Shown here: positions 1 through 8,735 of the stretch, piece after piece
Numbering within the stretch: the first letter of the stretch is position 1
Layout: every line of letters begins with the position of its first letter
Source of the DNA: Desulfobacterales bacterium
GTDB lineage: Bacteria > Desulfobacterota > Desulfobacteria > Desulfobacterales > UBA11574
Reading direction: 5' to 3'
Length of the DNA stretch: 27,143 nucleotides
Assembly: GCA_050123435.1 (NCBI GenBank)
Contig: JASFHC010000001.1
Location: forward strand, 1 to 27,143
The notes under the pieces: model-generated
The model's input: the letters and a program-made list of their open reading frames with translations, nothing else
Told to the model about the DNA's origin: nothing
The model's database searches: none
Position numbers and translations under genes: made by a program

Positions 1-2
1 GT

Positions 3-7
3 CCCCT
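3..7 (-). promoter_or_regulatory. Possible ribosome-binding site for the next gene (expected secF) beyond the window edge
   Basis: The minus strand reads ...TTAGGGGAC at the window edge, about 30 nt after the secD stop. secF normally follows secD. The start codon is not visible. Confidence 0.35.
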
Positions 8-36
8 AAGATTATGGTGTTATGCTTTATCAGATG

Positions 37-1614
37 TTAGATGCTCAGTTGTTTGCTCTTTAGTTTTGCCAAGAAATAATCGAATATTAACCGGGACAGA
101 ATAAGGGCGGTAAACAGACTGGAAAGTACGCCCAAACTGAGTGTTACTGCAAATCCTTTAACCGGGCCGGTGCCAAACTGGAACAGGACAAGGGCTGCAA
201 TAAGCGTTGTTACGTTCGCATCGAGTATGGTAAGAGTAGCCCTGTCATAACCCGAAGCCACCGCCGCTCGGGGTGTCTTGCCGATGCTCATTTCCTCCCG
301 TATCCGTTCGAATATAAGCACATTAGCATCGACGGCCATGCCGATCGTAAGGATTATCCCTGCGATACCCGGTAGTGTCAACGTGGCCTGAAAGCCGGCC
401 AGCCCCCCGGCGATCAGAACAATATTAAGAATCAGCGCAACATCTGCGATAAGTCCTGACCCCCTGTAATAGGCAATCATGAACAGAATAACGAGGATGC
501 CGCCGACACACATTGAGATGATTCCCTTTCTAATGGAATCGGTTCCAAGAGAAGGGCCTACGGTTCTTTCCTCAAGGATATTGACCGGAGCCGGAAGGGC
601 GCCGGCACGAAGAGCAATGGCAAGATCACGAGCTTCTTCAGTGGTGAAACGACCGGTAATTCGAGCCTGACCGCCGGTAATTTTTTCCTGGATAACCGGT
701 GCCGAATAGACTTTTTTATCCAAAACGATTGCCAGACGTTTTTTTACATTTGCTCCGGTTATCCTTCCAAAATCTCTTCCCCCTTTTTTATCGAAATTGA
801 TGGAAACATAGGGTTCATTGTATTGAGAATCTATTTGAACCTTTGCATCAGTTAGATGTGCCCCGGTTAAAAGGGTCCGTTTTTTTATAAGATAGGGAGT
901 TTTTATGACCCGCCGTGTTTCCGGATCTTCTTTAATGCCATAGAGGACCTCGCTGCCCGGAGGCACATTCCCTTGCAGGGCGGAATTTAAATCATGGGTT
1001 TCATCGACCAGTTTGAATTCTAAAAGAGCGGTCCGTCCGATAAGATCCTTGGCCCTTTTTGTATCTTTGATGCCGGGGAGTTGGATAAGTATGCGTTTTT
1101 CACCCTGTTGTCGAATATCCGGTTCACTGACGCCAAACTGGTCGATCCGGTTTCTGATGGTTTCAAGAGCCTGTTCGGTTGCCAGCTTTTTAATTTGATC
1201 GGACTCCCTGTCAGGAAGATCCAGCATAAACGTAAGGATTTCGTTGTAGGTTGATCTTGAAAGGATGCGCAAATTTTTAAATTCTTTGTCGAGCAGTTTT
1301 TCAAATTTGTCAATGTTTTCTTGACCTTGCAATTCCACGGAAATACGGCTACCATCTATACGATTCAAGCCGATATGCCGGATACGCTCCTTCTTTATAA
1401 AACCTCGAATTTCCTGGCTGATACGTTCTATGGTGCTTTCCACGGCTTTTTCCGTATCCACTTCAAGTACAAGATGCATGCCGCCTTGAAGATCCAGCCC
1501 CAAGTTTATCTTTTTATGCGGCCACAACGATGGGTTTATGGTCGGAAGAATATAAATAACGGCAACAATAATAACTACAATAACGGAAACAGCCCGCCAT
1601 GAGAGATTCTTCAA
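37..1614 (-). CDS. secD: Protein translocase subunit SecD
   Basis: SecD motifs LGLDLQGG, IRNRIDQFGVSEP, ALRAGALPAP, GIILTIGMAVDANVLIFERI, and six TM segments. The ORF track starts at GTG 1641, but TTG 1612-1614 (MKNLSWR) has AGGA 8 nt upstream and is the more likely start. Confidence 0.97.
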   Translation of the reverse strand: MKNLSWRAVSVIVVIIVAVIYILPTINPSLWPHKKINLGLDLQGGMHLVLEVDTEKAVESTIERISQEIRGFIKKERIRHIGLNRIDGSRISVELQGQENIDKFEKLLDKEFKNLRILSRSTYNEILTFMLDLPDRESDQIKKLATEQALETIRNRIDQFGVSEPDIRQQGEKRILIQLPGIKDTKRAKDLIGRTALLEFKLVDETHDLNSALQGNVPPGSEVLYGIKEDPETRRVIKTPYLIKKRTLLTGAHLTDAKVQIDSQYNEPYVSINFDKKGGRDFGRITGANVKKRLAIVLDKKVYSAPVIQEKITGGQARITGRFTTEEARDLAIALRAGALPAPVNILEERTVGPSLGTDSIRKGIISMCVGGILVILFMIAYYRGSGLIADVALILNIVLIAGGLAGFQATLTLPGIAGIILTIGMAVDANVLIFERIREEMSIGKTPRAAVASGYDRATLTILDANVTTLIAALVLFQFGTGPVKGFAVTLSLGVLSSLFTALILSRLIFDYFLAKLKSKQLSI

Positions 1615-1662
1615 TGATCTTTTCCTTTCCTGAAATTGCACCTAATGTAAAATTACGTCCAT

Positions 1663-1688
1663 TCATCCACGCTGCAAGCGGGAATCCA
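1663..1688. repeat. Degenerate REP/dRS3-like palindrome
   Basis: TCATCCACGCTGCAAGCGGGAATCCA resembles the GTCATTCCCGCGAAAGCGGGAATCCA (ATTCCC-N8-GGGAAT) palindrome class. The inner CGCT/AGCG stem is visible. Single copy in this window. Confidence 0.4.
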
Positions 1689-1775
1689 TCACGCCGAAGG
1701 GAGATATAACTTGCGCATAAGTGACGTAAGGAGAAGAAGCCAGCCAATTTCTGCGAATAAGGACCGCTAGTTAAA

Positions 1776-2126
1776 TCAGTTCTTCTTTTTTTTTGTTTCC
1801 TGGGTCTGTGATGTTGCCTGGACGACCTGCGCGACATTGCCTCGGGCAATCTTTACCCGAACCTTGTCCGCTATTTCAACAGTCATCGTAGTCTCACTTA
1901 CGGCTGTAATTCGACCGTGAAGTCCTCCGCTTGTAATGATGCGGTCCCCCTTTTTAAGCCGATTTATCAATTCACGATGTTCTTTGGATTTTTTCTGCTG
2001 AGGCCGAATAAGCAGAAAATAGAATATAACGAACATTAGGATAATCGGGATCAGTGATGAAAATCCTCCTGCTCCCTGGCCTGCAGCACCTCCGCCCTGG
2101 CCCATTGCGTAAGCGATATCTATCAA
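1776..2126 (-). CDS. yajC: Preprotein translocase subunit YajC
   Basis: IILMFVIFYFLLIRPQQKK and LKKGDRIITSGGLHG motifs. TTG start with AAGGAGG (2134-2140) 7 nt upstream. Lies upstream of secD. Confidence 0.97.
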   Translation of the reverse strand: MIDIAYAMGQGGGAAGQGAGGFSSLIPIILMFVIFYFLLIRPQQKKSKEHRELINRLKKGDRIITSGGLHGRITAVSETTMTVEIADKVRVKIARGNVAQVVQATSQTQETKKKKN

Positions 2127-2235
2127 GATATATCCTCCTTATAATGGTATTGGATTAGTTATTTGAAACCCATCGATTTCCCACAAACTTTATCCGATTA
2201 ATTTTCATGCAAAATTTAAGTATAAAAACGGCGCT

Positions 2236-2264
2236 GATATACTGCAATTGATTCTATACGTCAA
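2236..2264 (-). promoter_or_regulatory. Putative sigma70 promoter for yajC-secD
   Basis: TTGACG-N17-TATATC on the minus strand, about 110 nt upstream of yajC. Confidence 0.5.
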
Positions 2265-2412
2265 ATGTTTATTTCATTATAAAAAACATGGTCCACAGAA
2301 ACCACTTAACGATCAATGGATTTGGATTAAAAATTACCTCGGGGCGCTGGAAGCCTGGCATATAGGAATGACGCAGAAATAGAGCAAAAAGGGGCGTTTT
2401 GCAAAGGTCTTA

Positions 2413-3171
2413 TCAATTTGGCGGGATCCACAGCGTATCCCCGTCAAATTGAATGCGATTTACGTGTTCGTAATCGATGAGATCCAAAAGTGCAAAAATT
2501 TGGTCCATATTATAAATAACCACCTTGCTCAAAGGATAGATCAGGTTAAGATCAGCATCTATTTTACGTTCTTTTATATTATAAATGTTAACCGTACTTT
2601 CAGAAAATTTAAGAAGTTTTCCAACCCCCGAACTTTGCCCCCCCCTTGCGGGTTCGTCAGCAAGTGGTGACAGGGAGATGCCTTTATGGGCAAAATAATC
2701 TTTTAGGAAATTAAAATGTATATTCCAGATATTATCCCCGGGCTGAACAACGTGTATTCCAAATGCTTCTGAATGTTTCATGGAATCCATTTTGTTGGAC
2801 TTGAGGTCCTTTTCAACAATATCGCCACTTTTAATCCGTATTTTATCCAAAATCTCCTGCATGGAGACCGTTGAGTTGCCTATTTTAAAGGATTCATCAG
2901 ATTTTGTTATCATGTCAATCCCTTTTTCAATTCCATATTCTGCCTTGCGCTTTTGCATAAGCGCTATGAGCGCTTTGTCTTTTTCGATGTTATTGTAATC
3001 AATAACGGTCTCCCCTGTTGCAGGCCTATGAACTTCTTCGGGCACGCTATGAGGGAGAACCTTTGTATTTTTCTTCAACCAGAGGCATAAACCGGCAACT
3101 GCGATAAGAACAAAACAACCTACTAGAATCCCTATAAATTTGGTCGATATTTCAGAAGGTTTTTTAGGCAT
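2413..3171 (-). CDS. Hypothetical single-pass membrane protein with an interrupted LysM-like motif
   Basis: 252-aa ORF. Basic N-terminus followed by hydrophobic FIGILVGCFVLIAVAGLCLWL. HVVQPGDNIWNI and DLNLIYPLSKVVI resemble the two ends of a LysM domain. AAAGGA lies upstream of the ATG. Confidence 0.8.
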   Translation of the reverse strand: MPKKPSEISTKFIGILVGCFVLIAVAGLCLWLKKNTKVLPHSVPEEVHRPATGETVIDYNNIEKDKALIALMQKRKAEYGIEKGIDMITKSDESFKIGNSTVSMQEILDKIRIKSGDIVEKDLKSNKMDSMKHSEAFGIHVVQPGDNIWNIHFNFLKDYFAHKGISLSPLADEPARGGQSSGVGKLLKFSESTVNIYNIKERKIDADLNLIYPLSKVVIYNMDQIFALLDLIDYEHVNRIQFDGDTLWIPPN

Positions 3172-3275
3172 GACTGTGATAGAATCCTTTATGTTTTTTT
3201 ATCTGGGCGTCACATAGTTTTTAGTCTCGGGTTTGGCCTGTCTGTCTTGCTCCGCAGTTCGTTCGGATAAAGGAA

Positions 3276-3293
3276 GGGCTTGTTCGGGTTAGG
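3276..3293. repeat. Copy of the ~26-nt intergenic motif (core TGTCCGGGTTAGG)
   Basis: GGGCTTGTTCGGGTTAGG. With its 5' flanking base it matches the 3' 19 nt of the 13189-13214 copy at 14/19 positions. Lies 8 nt past the rne stop. Confidence 0.5.
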
Positions 3294-3301
3294 TCCGTGT
3301 T

Positions 3302-4762
3302 TTATTCTTCACAAATAATCTTGCTCATTCCCGGGAGTAAAGTATTGTCTCCCTCGATGCTGATGGAAAGATTGCGCCTTATTTCCAGGTCGAGAATCTC
3401 CTTGCGTTTTTTATTCAAAAGATAGTCGGCCACTACCGATGGAACGATTCCTTTTACGTTTGAGATGTTATCTTTTAAGGTTTCAAGGCGAAGTTTGCGG
3501 AGAAAGTCGAGGACCAGCATCTCGGTGGAAAGTATCAGTCCTTTGCCTCCGCAATGACTGCAGGATTCGAAACTGCTGAATTCAATTGAGGGTCTGAGAC
3601 GCTGTCTTGACATTTCCATGAGTCCGAACATTGAAATTTTGCCGATCTTTGTTTTGGCCTTGTCGTATTTTACATTATTTTTCAAGGCCCTGAAAACTTC
3701 TAATTTATGCTTGGGATCTCTCATGTCGATAAAATCGATCACGATAAGGCCGCCCAAATCTCTGAGTCGCAGCTGGCGGGAAATTTCCTCGGCTGCTTCA
3801 ATATTGGTTTGAAGAGCGGTCTGTTCAATTGATTTTTTTTGAGTGGCCTTTCCTGAATTGACGTCAATGGCTACCAGCGCTTCTGTCTGTGTTACTATAA
3901 TATATCCCCCAGATTTTAATTTGACACGGCTTTCATATATGGATGCAATCTGTTCTTCAAGCTGGTATTTTGTGAATATGGGACGGTCCGTTTTATAGTG
4001 TTTGACAATCTTGGTATGTTTTGGGGAAATGATTTTAACAAACTTTTTAACTTCATGATATACGGCAACATCGTCAATGAGGATTTCGGTCACGTCGGGT
4101 GTGAAATAGTCACGTATGGATCTTAACACAAGGTTTTGCTCCTTGTAAAGCAATGCCGGTGGTTTTGCTTTGGCCACATCTTTTTTGATGTTTTTCCAGA
4201 GCCGTAAAAGATATTTTAAATCCCTGGACATTCTCATCTTGGTACAGTTTATTCCGGCGGTTCGCACGATGATGCCGAATCCTTCAGGCAATTTGAGATT
4301 GTTGATCATATCTTTAAGGCGGCTTCGCTCATCTTCATCTTCTATTTTGCGTGAGATGCCCCGGCTGCTGCTTCCAGGCATAAGCACCAGGTATCTTCCC
4401 GGGAGAGATATGTAAGTTGTGAGCATGGCCCCCTTTTTCATGAACGGGTCTTTTATGACCTGAACCAGGAGTTCTTGGCCGCGCCTCACCATTTTTTTTA
4501 TGGATTTGTCTTTTGAAAGATTGTCCTGAAAATACTCACTATGGATTTCATGCTTCTGAAGAAATCCATGGCGATCCGCCCCGTAATCTACAAATACGGC
4601 TTGAAGGCTTGGCTCAACACGTGAAATAACGGCTTTGTAAATGTTGCCGTGAATAATTTCCCTTGCGGCACTTTCGATATGAAATTCTTCGAGTTTTAAA
4701 TCTTTTACTTTTGCAATCCTGCACTCCTCAGGATCTATGGCATTAATAAGGATCTTACTCAT
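3302..4762 (-). CDS. rne: Ribonuclease E (Rne/Rng family), catalytic domain only
   Basis: GNIYKAVISRVEPSLQAVFVDYGADRHGFL matches the RNase E S1 region. Also AIDVNSG, QLRLRDLGGLIVIDFIDM (catalytic Asp motifs) and the CSHCGG Zn-link. 486 aa. Confidence 0.92.
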   Translation of the reverse strand: MSKILINAIDPEECRIAKVKDLKLEEFHIESAAREIIHGNIYKAVISRVEPSLQAVFVDYGADRHGFLQKHEIHSEYFQDNLSKDKSIKKMVRRGQELLVQVIKDPFMKKGAMLTTYISLPGRYLVLMPGSSSRGISRKIEDEDERSRLKDMINNLKLPEGFGIIVRTAGINCTKMRMSRDLKYLLRLWKNIKKDVAKAKPPALLYKEQNLVLRSIRDYFTPDVTEILIDDVAVYHEVKKFVKIISPKHTKIVKHYKTDRPIFTKYQLEEQIASIYESRVKLKSGGYIIVTQTEALVAIDVNSGKATQKKSIEQTALQTNIEAAEEISRQLRLRDLGGLIVIDFIDMRDPKHKLEVFRALKNNVKYDKAKTKIGKISMFGLMEMSRQRLRPSIEFSSFESCSHCGGKGLILSTEMLVLDFLRKLRLETLKDNISNVKGIVPSVVADYLLNKKRKEILDLEIRRNLSISIEGDNTLLPGMSKIICEE

Positions 4763-4792
4763 AAAATATGGGGCCCTTTACGATAGGATCAT

Positions 4793-4817
4793 TGCTTTTA
4801 TCTCAAGGATAAAAGCA
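4793..4817 (-). promoter_or_regulatory. Perfect 10-bp hairpin in the probable rne 5' leader
   Basis: TGCTTTTATC-N5-GATAAAAGCA, 30 nt upstream of the rne ATG. Confidence 0.55.
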
Positions 4818-4874
4818 TTGTCTCCGGACGGAACCATTTGATATATATATTATCTTAAGCAGTTGCTTTATTAA

Positions 4875-4903
4875 TGAATATGAAATTGTCATATACAAGT
4901 CAA
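4875..4903 (-). promoter_or_regulatory. Possible sigma70 promoter for rne
   Basis: TTGACT-N17-TATTCA on the minus strand. The -10 match is weak. Confidence 0.3.
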
Positions 4904-5010
4904 ACAATTTCTTATCGCTTGCTATTTATATCGCGTTGTGGCATGTGAAATAAATCTGTTGAAATAAAAAATTATGCATTTTCCAAGCAAAGGCTTTGAA
5001 AAAGTAACTG

Positions 5011-5077
5011 TCCAATGTTGAATTCTCAATATCCAATTTTCAAGTATTTTCTACTTGATCATTGGATGTTTCAACAT
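5011..5077. repeat. 7-mer-periodic imperfect palindrome
   Basis: Units TCCAATG/TTGAATT/CTCAATA/TCCAATT/TTCAAGT. Nested stems ATGTTGAA(5015-22)/TTCAACAT(5070-77), ATCCAAT(5031-37)/ATTGGAT(5061-67) and TCAAGTA(5040-46)/TACTTGA(5052-58). Confidence 0.65.
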
Positions 5078-5144
5078 CGACAATATGCCGTCGATATTGC
5101 TTTAACAAGCGCCTAAATCATACAAACGAGGCAGAGTAGATACA

Positions 5145-7736
5145 ATGGAGGAAAGATACGATCCTAAAACCATAGAATCCAAGTGGCAAAATTTCTGGGA
5201 AACATCGAAGCTTTTTAAGGTCAAAGAGGACCGCGGCAAGGAAAAATATTATCTCCTCGAAATGTTTCCCTATCCCTCCGGTAATATACATATGGGACAT
5301 GTGAGGAACTATACCATCGGGGATGTGGTTGCTAGGTATAAAAGAATGCAGGGATTCAATGTTCTTCATCCCATGGGATGGGACGCGTTCGGTATGCCGG
5401 CGGAAAATGCTGCAATTGCGAACAACAGCCATCCCGCCAAATGGACCTATGAAAACATTGATACCATGCGATCTCAGCTGAAAAGAATCGGTTTTTCCTA
5501 CGATTGGGACAGGGAAATTGCCACTTGCACACCTGAATATTACCGGTGGGAACAGTGGCTTTTTTTAAAAATGTACGAAAAGGGAATGGTCTATCGCAAG
5601 GAATCTTTTTTGAACTGGTGTGAACACTGCCAGACGGTTCTGGCCAACGAACAAGTGGAGGCCGGTATGTGCTGGCGCTGTGGTAAGACGGTTCGGCAGA
5701 AAAAACTCTGGCAATGGTTTTTTCGTATTACAGATTACGCGGAAGATTTGCTGGCATATTGCGACAAGCTTCCCGGATGGCCTGAAAAGGTTATCACCAT
5801 GCAGAAGAACTGGATTGGAAAGAGTGTGGGCGCGGAAATTCGGTTTCCCATAGAGAATACAGATGAGCAGATACCGGTTTTTACTACCCGGCAGGATACG
5901 GTTTATGGGGCAACTTTCATGTGTCTTGCTCCGGAGCACCCCCTGGTGTTCCGTTTGTCCAAAGAGACGGTTCAGGAAGACAAAGTTCGCGAATTTGTCG
6001 AACGTATATCCTTGCAGGACCGATCCAGCAGGGCAGTGGAGAGTCATGAGAAAGAGGGTGTATTTACCGGCGCCTATTGCATCAATCCCCTGAGCGGCTT
6101 GCGCATGCCGATTTATACAGCAAACTTTGCGCTTATGGAGTATGGTACGGGAGCAGTTATGTCCGTTCCGGCTCATGACCAGCGTGATTTTGATTTTGCT
6201 CGAAAGTACAACCTGGATATCGTGGTGGTCGTAAAACCGCATGATGAAGATCTGGATTCCGATACCATGACCGAAGCATTCATCGGTGAAGGGGTAATGG
6301 TCAATTCCGGTCGGTTTGACGGAATGGAAAACATCACGGCTCTTGATGAAATCGCTTCTTTTCTGGAGCAGGAAGGAATGGGAAAAAAGACCACAAGTTT
6401 CAGGTTGAGGGACTGGGGTATTTCAAGGCAGCGATACTGGGGTGCGCCGATTCCAGTAATTCATTGCAAAACGTGCGGTATTGTTCCCGTTCCGGAGCAA
6501 GATCTTCCCATTCTGCTCCCGGAGGATGCCGATCTTTTGGAAGGCGGAAAGTCGCCGCTTGGGACTCTCGATTATTTTGCAAGGGCAACCTGTCCGGTTT
6601 GCGGCAGCCCTGACGCCAGAAGAGAGACCGACACAATGGACACCTTCGTGGAATCTTCATGGTATTATGAAAGATACTGCAGCCCGAATTGTAACACGGG
6701 CATGTTTGACAAAACAGCCGTGGATTACTGGATGCCTGTGGATCAATATATCGGCGGCGTTGAGCATGCTATTTTACATCTGCTCTATTCAAGGTATTAT
6801 ACGCGTGTGTTAAACGACTTTGGACTGGTAAAATATAAGGAACCTTTTACCCGGCTTTTGACGCAAGGGATGGTCTGTAAAGAAACGGTATCCTGTCCGG
6901 AACACGGTTTTCTTCTTCCCGAAGAGGTGGAGAACAGTGATACAGACCGGCATTGTAAAAAATGTGGTAAGACGGTTACCCTTGGCCGGGTTGAAAAAAT
7001 GTCCAAGTCGAAAAAGAACGTTGTCGATCCGAACATTCTTCTTGAAAAATACGGTGCGGACACGACAAGACTTTTTTGTCTTTTTGCAGCTCCGCCGGAA
7101 AGGGATCTTGAATGGAGCGATCAGGGTGTGGAAGGGGGGTATCGCTTTCTTAATCGTGTCTGGCGCCTTGCTTGGAAGTGGATCGATTTGATCAAGGATG
7201 CAACGCCTTTTGACGGGAGCCCCGATCTTCTGGAGGGCAGAACCCGAGAAATGTTCAAAAAAACCCATGAGACGATCTATAAAGTTACAAAAGATATAGA
7301 AGATCGGTTCCATTTTAATACGGCAATCAGTGCCATCATGGAGCTTGTGAATACCATGTACGGAATTGACCCTGTAGAGAGTGACATTCAAGGAGCCGGG
7401 GTTATGCGATTTTCTATGGAAACCGTTACGCTTCTTTTATCCCCGATTGTTCCACATTTTGCCGAGGAGCTTTGGCAGACATTGGGATTTGAGTCCAGCG
7501 TTTTATCGGCGTCATGGCCGTCCCACAGGGAAGGCGCTTTGGTACAGGATGAGCTTTTGATCGTTATTCAGGTAAATGGGAAACTAAGAAGCAGGTTCCA
7601 TGTTGATGTGAATGCAGACGAAAATACCATCAAAGAACTTGCCCTTTCGGACGAGCGTGTTCAAAAATTTATACATAATAAAACCATTAAGAAAATTATT
7701 GTGGTCAAGAATAAACTTGTGAATATCGTAGTATAA
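5145..7736 (+). CDS. leuS: Leucine--tRNA ligase
   Basis: [10 protein letters not shown] (HIGH) and KMSKS motifs, CP1 editing domain ([15 protein letters not shown]), 863 aa, and a typical C-terminus. Confidence 0.99.
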   Translation: MEERYDPKTIESKWQNFWETSKLFKVKEDRGKEKYYLLEMFPYPSGNIHMGHVRNYTIGDVVARYKRMQGFNVLHPMGWDAFGMPAENAAIANNSHPAKWTYENIDTMRSQLKRIGFSYDWDREIATCTPEYYRWEQWLFLKMYEKGMVYRKESFLNWCEHCQTVLANEQVEAGMCWRCGKTVRQKKLWQWFFRITDYAEDLLAYCDKLPGWPEKVITMQKNWIGKSVGAEIRFPIENTDEQIPVFTTRQDTVYGATFMCLAPEHPLVFRLSKETVQEDKVREFVERISLQDRSSRAVESHEKEGVFTGAYCINPLSGLRMPIYTANFALMEYGTGAVMSVPAHDQRDFDFARKYNLDIVVVVKPHDEDLDSDTMTEAFIGEGVMVNSGRFDGMENITALDEIASFLEQEGMGKKTTSFRLRDWGISRQRYWGAPIPVIHCKTCGIVPVPEQDLPILLPEDADLLEGGKSPLGTLDYFARATCPVCGSPDARRETDTMDTFVESSWYYERYCSPNCNTGMFDKTAVDYWMPVDQYIGGVEHAILHLLYSRYYTRVLNDFGLVKYKEPFTRLLTQGMVCKETVSCPEHGFLLPEEVENSDTDRHCKKCGKTVTLGRVEKMSKSKKNVVDPNILLEKYGADTTRLFCLFAAPPERDLEWSDQGVEGGYRFLNRVWRLAWKWIDLIKDATPFDGSPDLLEGRTREMFKKTHETIYKVTKDIEDRFHFNTAISAIMELVNTMYGIDPVESDIQGAGVMRFSMETVTLLLSPIVPHFAEELWQTLGFESSVLSASWPSHREGALVQDELLIVIQVNGKLRSRFHVDVNADENTIKELALSDERVQKFIHNKTIKKIIVVKNKLVNIVV

Positions 7737-7779
7737 TTCAAATGAGCAAAAGTTAATGAAATGAACAGGAGAAGGATCG

Positions 7780-8295
7780 TTGTTTGTTAAAAAGAAATTT
7801 ACCTGGGCGATCATTATATCGGGGCTGCTCTTTTCAGCTTGCGGCTACCAATTTAGCGGCGGAGGAAGTCTTCCATCCGGTATAACATCGGTTAGTATCG
7901 AGATGTTTAAAAACCGCACCGCAGAAACCGGGGTGGAGACCATAATTACCAATGATCTCATATATGAATTCACCCGGCATGAGCAGGTGGTAGTTACCGG
8001 AAGTGATAAGGCCGATGCAATTCTTACCGGTGTTATTCGATCCATAAGTGAAAGAACGATCTCGCACACAGGGGAGTATACCTCCAGTGAAAGACGGGTT
8101 GAAGTTAAAGTCGATTTAAAATTAACAGGTCGGTCCGGCAGGGTAATATGGTCTTCGAAATCCGTTTCCGAAGACGAGGCCTATACGGTTAGGTCCCAAA
8201 AACAGTCTACAGAACGTAAAAAACGGGAAGCGATAAAAACGCTTTCCAAAAGGCTTGCGGAAACTATTTTCAATGAGTTAACCGCCGATTTTTAA
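7780..8295 (+). CDS. lptE: LPS assembly lipoprotein LptE
   Basis: Lipoprotein signal ending FSA-C21, followed by GYQFSGGGSLP. 171 aa. Directly follows leuS, the usual lptE position. Confidence 0.88.
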   Translation: MFVKKKFTWAIIISGLLFSACGYQFSGGGSLPSGITSVSIEMFKNRTAETGVETIITNDLIYEFTRHEQVVVTGSDKADAILTGVIRSISERTISHTGEYTSSERRVEVKVDLKLTGRSGRVIWSSKSVSEDEAYTVRSQKQSTERKKREAIKTLSKRLAETIFNELTADF

Positions 8296-8374
8296 AAGAA
8301 TCCATCTCACAGATATATTAAAATCCGCTTTTATTTTTCAGTGACGGTTCGTTCGTGCCGTGACCCGCGAGAAA

Positions 8375-8385
8375 TCCGGGTTAGG
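8375..8385. repeat. Partial copy of the TCCGGGTTAGG motif overlapping the rpsT stop
   Basis: TCCGGGTTAGG contains the rpsT TAA (8381-8383 on the minus strand). Only 11 nt match. Confidence 0.35.
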
Positions 8386-8647
8386 CTGAGATGGTATTTA
8401 CAAGTCTTGAGAGGCGGGAAATTTTTCGAGATGCGGTTTTCCTGTGGATCACACCCTTTTTTGCCGCATTATCGATTATGGATTTTGCACTATTGAGTTC
8501 AGCCAGCGCTGCTTCTTTGGATTTTTCGCTAGCGGCGAATCGTACGCTCTTGACGATGTTTTTTATCCTTGTTTTCGTAGATTTGTTTCGCATGCGCCTT
8601 TTTTCATTCTGGCGTGCACGTTTGATTGCAGATTTATGATTTGCCAA
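8381..8647 (-). CDS. rpsT: 30S ribosomal protein S20
   Basis: MANHKSAIKRARQNEKRR...GVIHRKTASRKISRL. TTG start with AAGGAG at 8657-8662. Confidence 0.99.
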   Translation of the reverse strand: MANHKSAIKRARQNEKRRMRNKSTKTRIKNIVKSVRFAASEKSKEAALAELNSAKSIIDNAAKKGVIHRKTASRKISRLSRLVNTISA

Positions 8648-8691
8648 TTTTGTAAGCTCCTTTTAATCTAATATTAAAAATAGAAACATAT

Positions 8692-8720
8692 CAGATACAA
8701 ACTCATTTAAGATATGTCAA
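8692..8720 (-). promoter_or_regulatory. Possible sigma70 promoter for rpsT
   Basis: TTGACA-N17-TATCTG on the minus strand. Perfect -35, weak -10. Confidence 0.4.
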
Positions 8721-8735
8721 GCCTTAATTTAACTC

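Noticed and set aside
1514-1849. 111-aa minus-strand ORF spanning the yajC/secD junction
   Set aside because: It overlaps both genes in another frame, has no RBS or motif, and runs through the repeat-containing spacer.
2384-2402. GCAAAA-N7-TTTTGC as a terminator for the hypothetical gene
   Set aside because: The stem is weak and AT-rich, with no clear U-tract.
3172-3290. Protein-like in-frame sequence upstream of the hypothetical ORF (possible lost N-terminal extension)
   Set aside because: It is interrupted by an in-frame TAA and has no start codon or RBS of its own, while the annotated ATG has an RBS-like AAAGGA.
4900-5144. T-box riboswitch upstream of leuS
   Set aside because: No T-box consensus (GGTGGNACCGCG-like) or terminator/antiterminator pair is visible.
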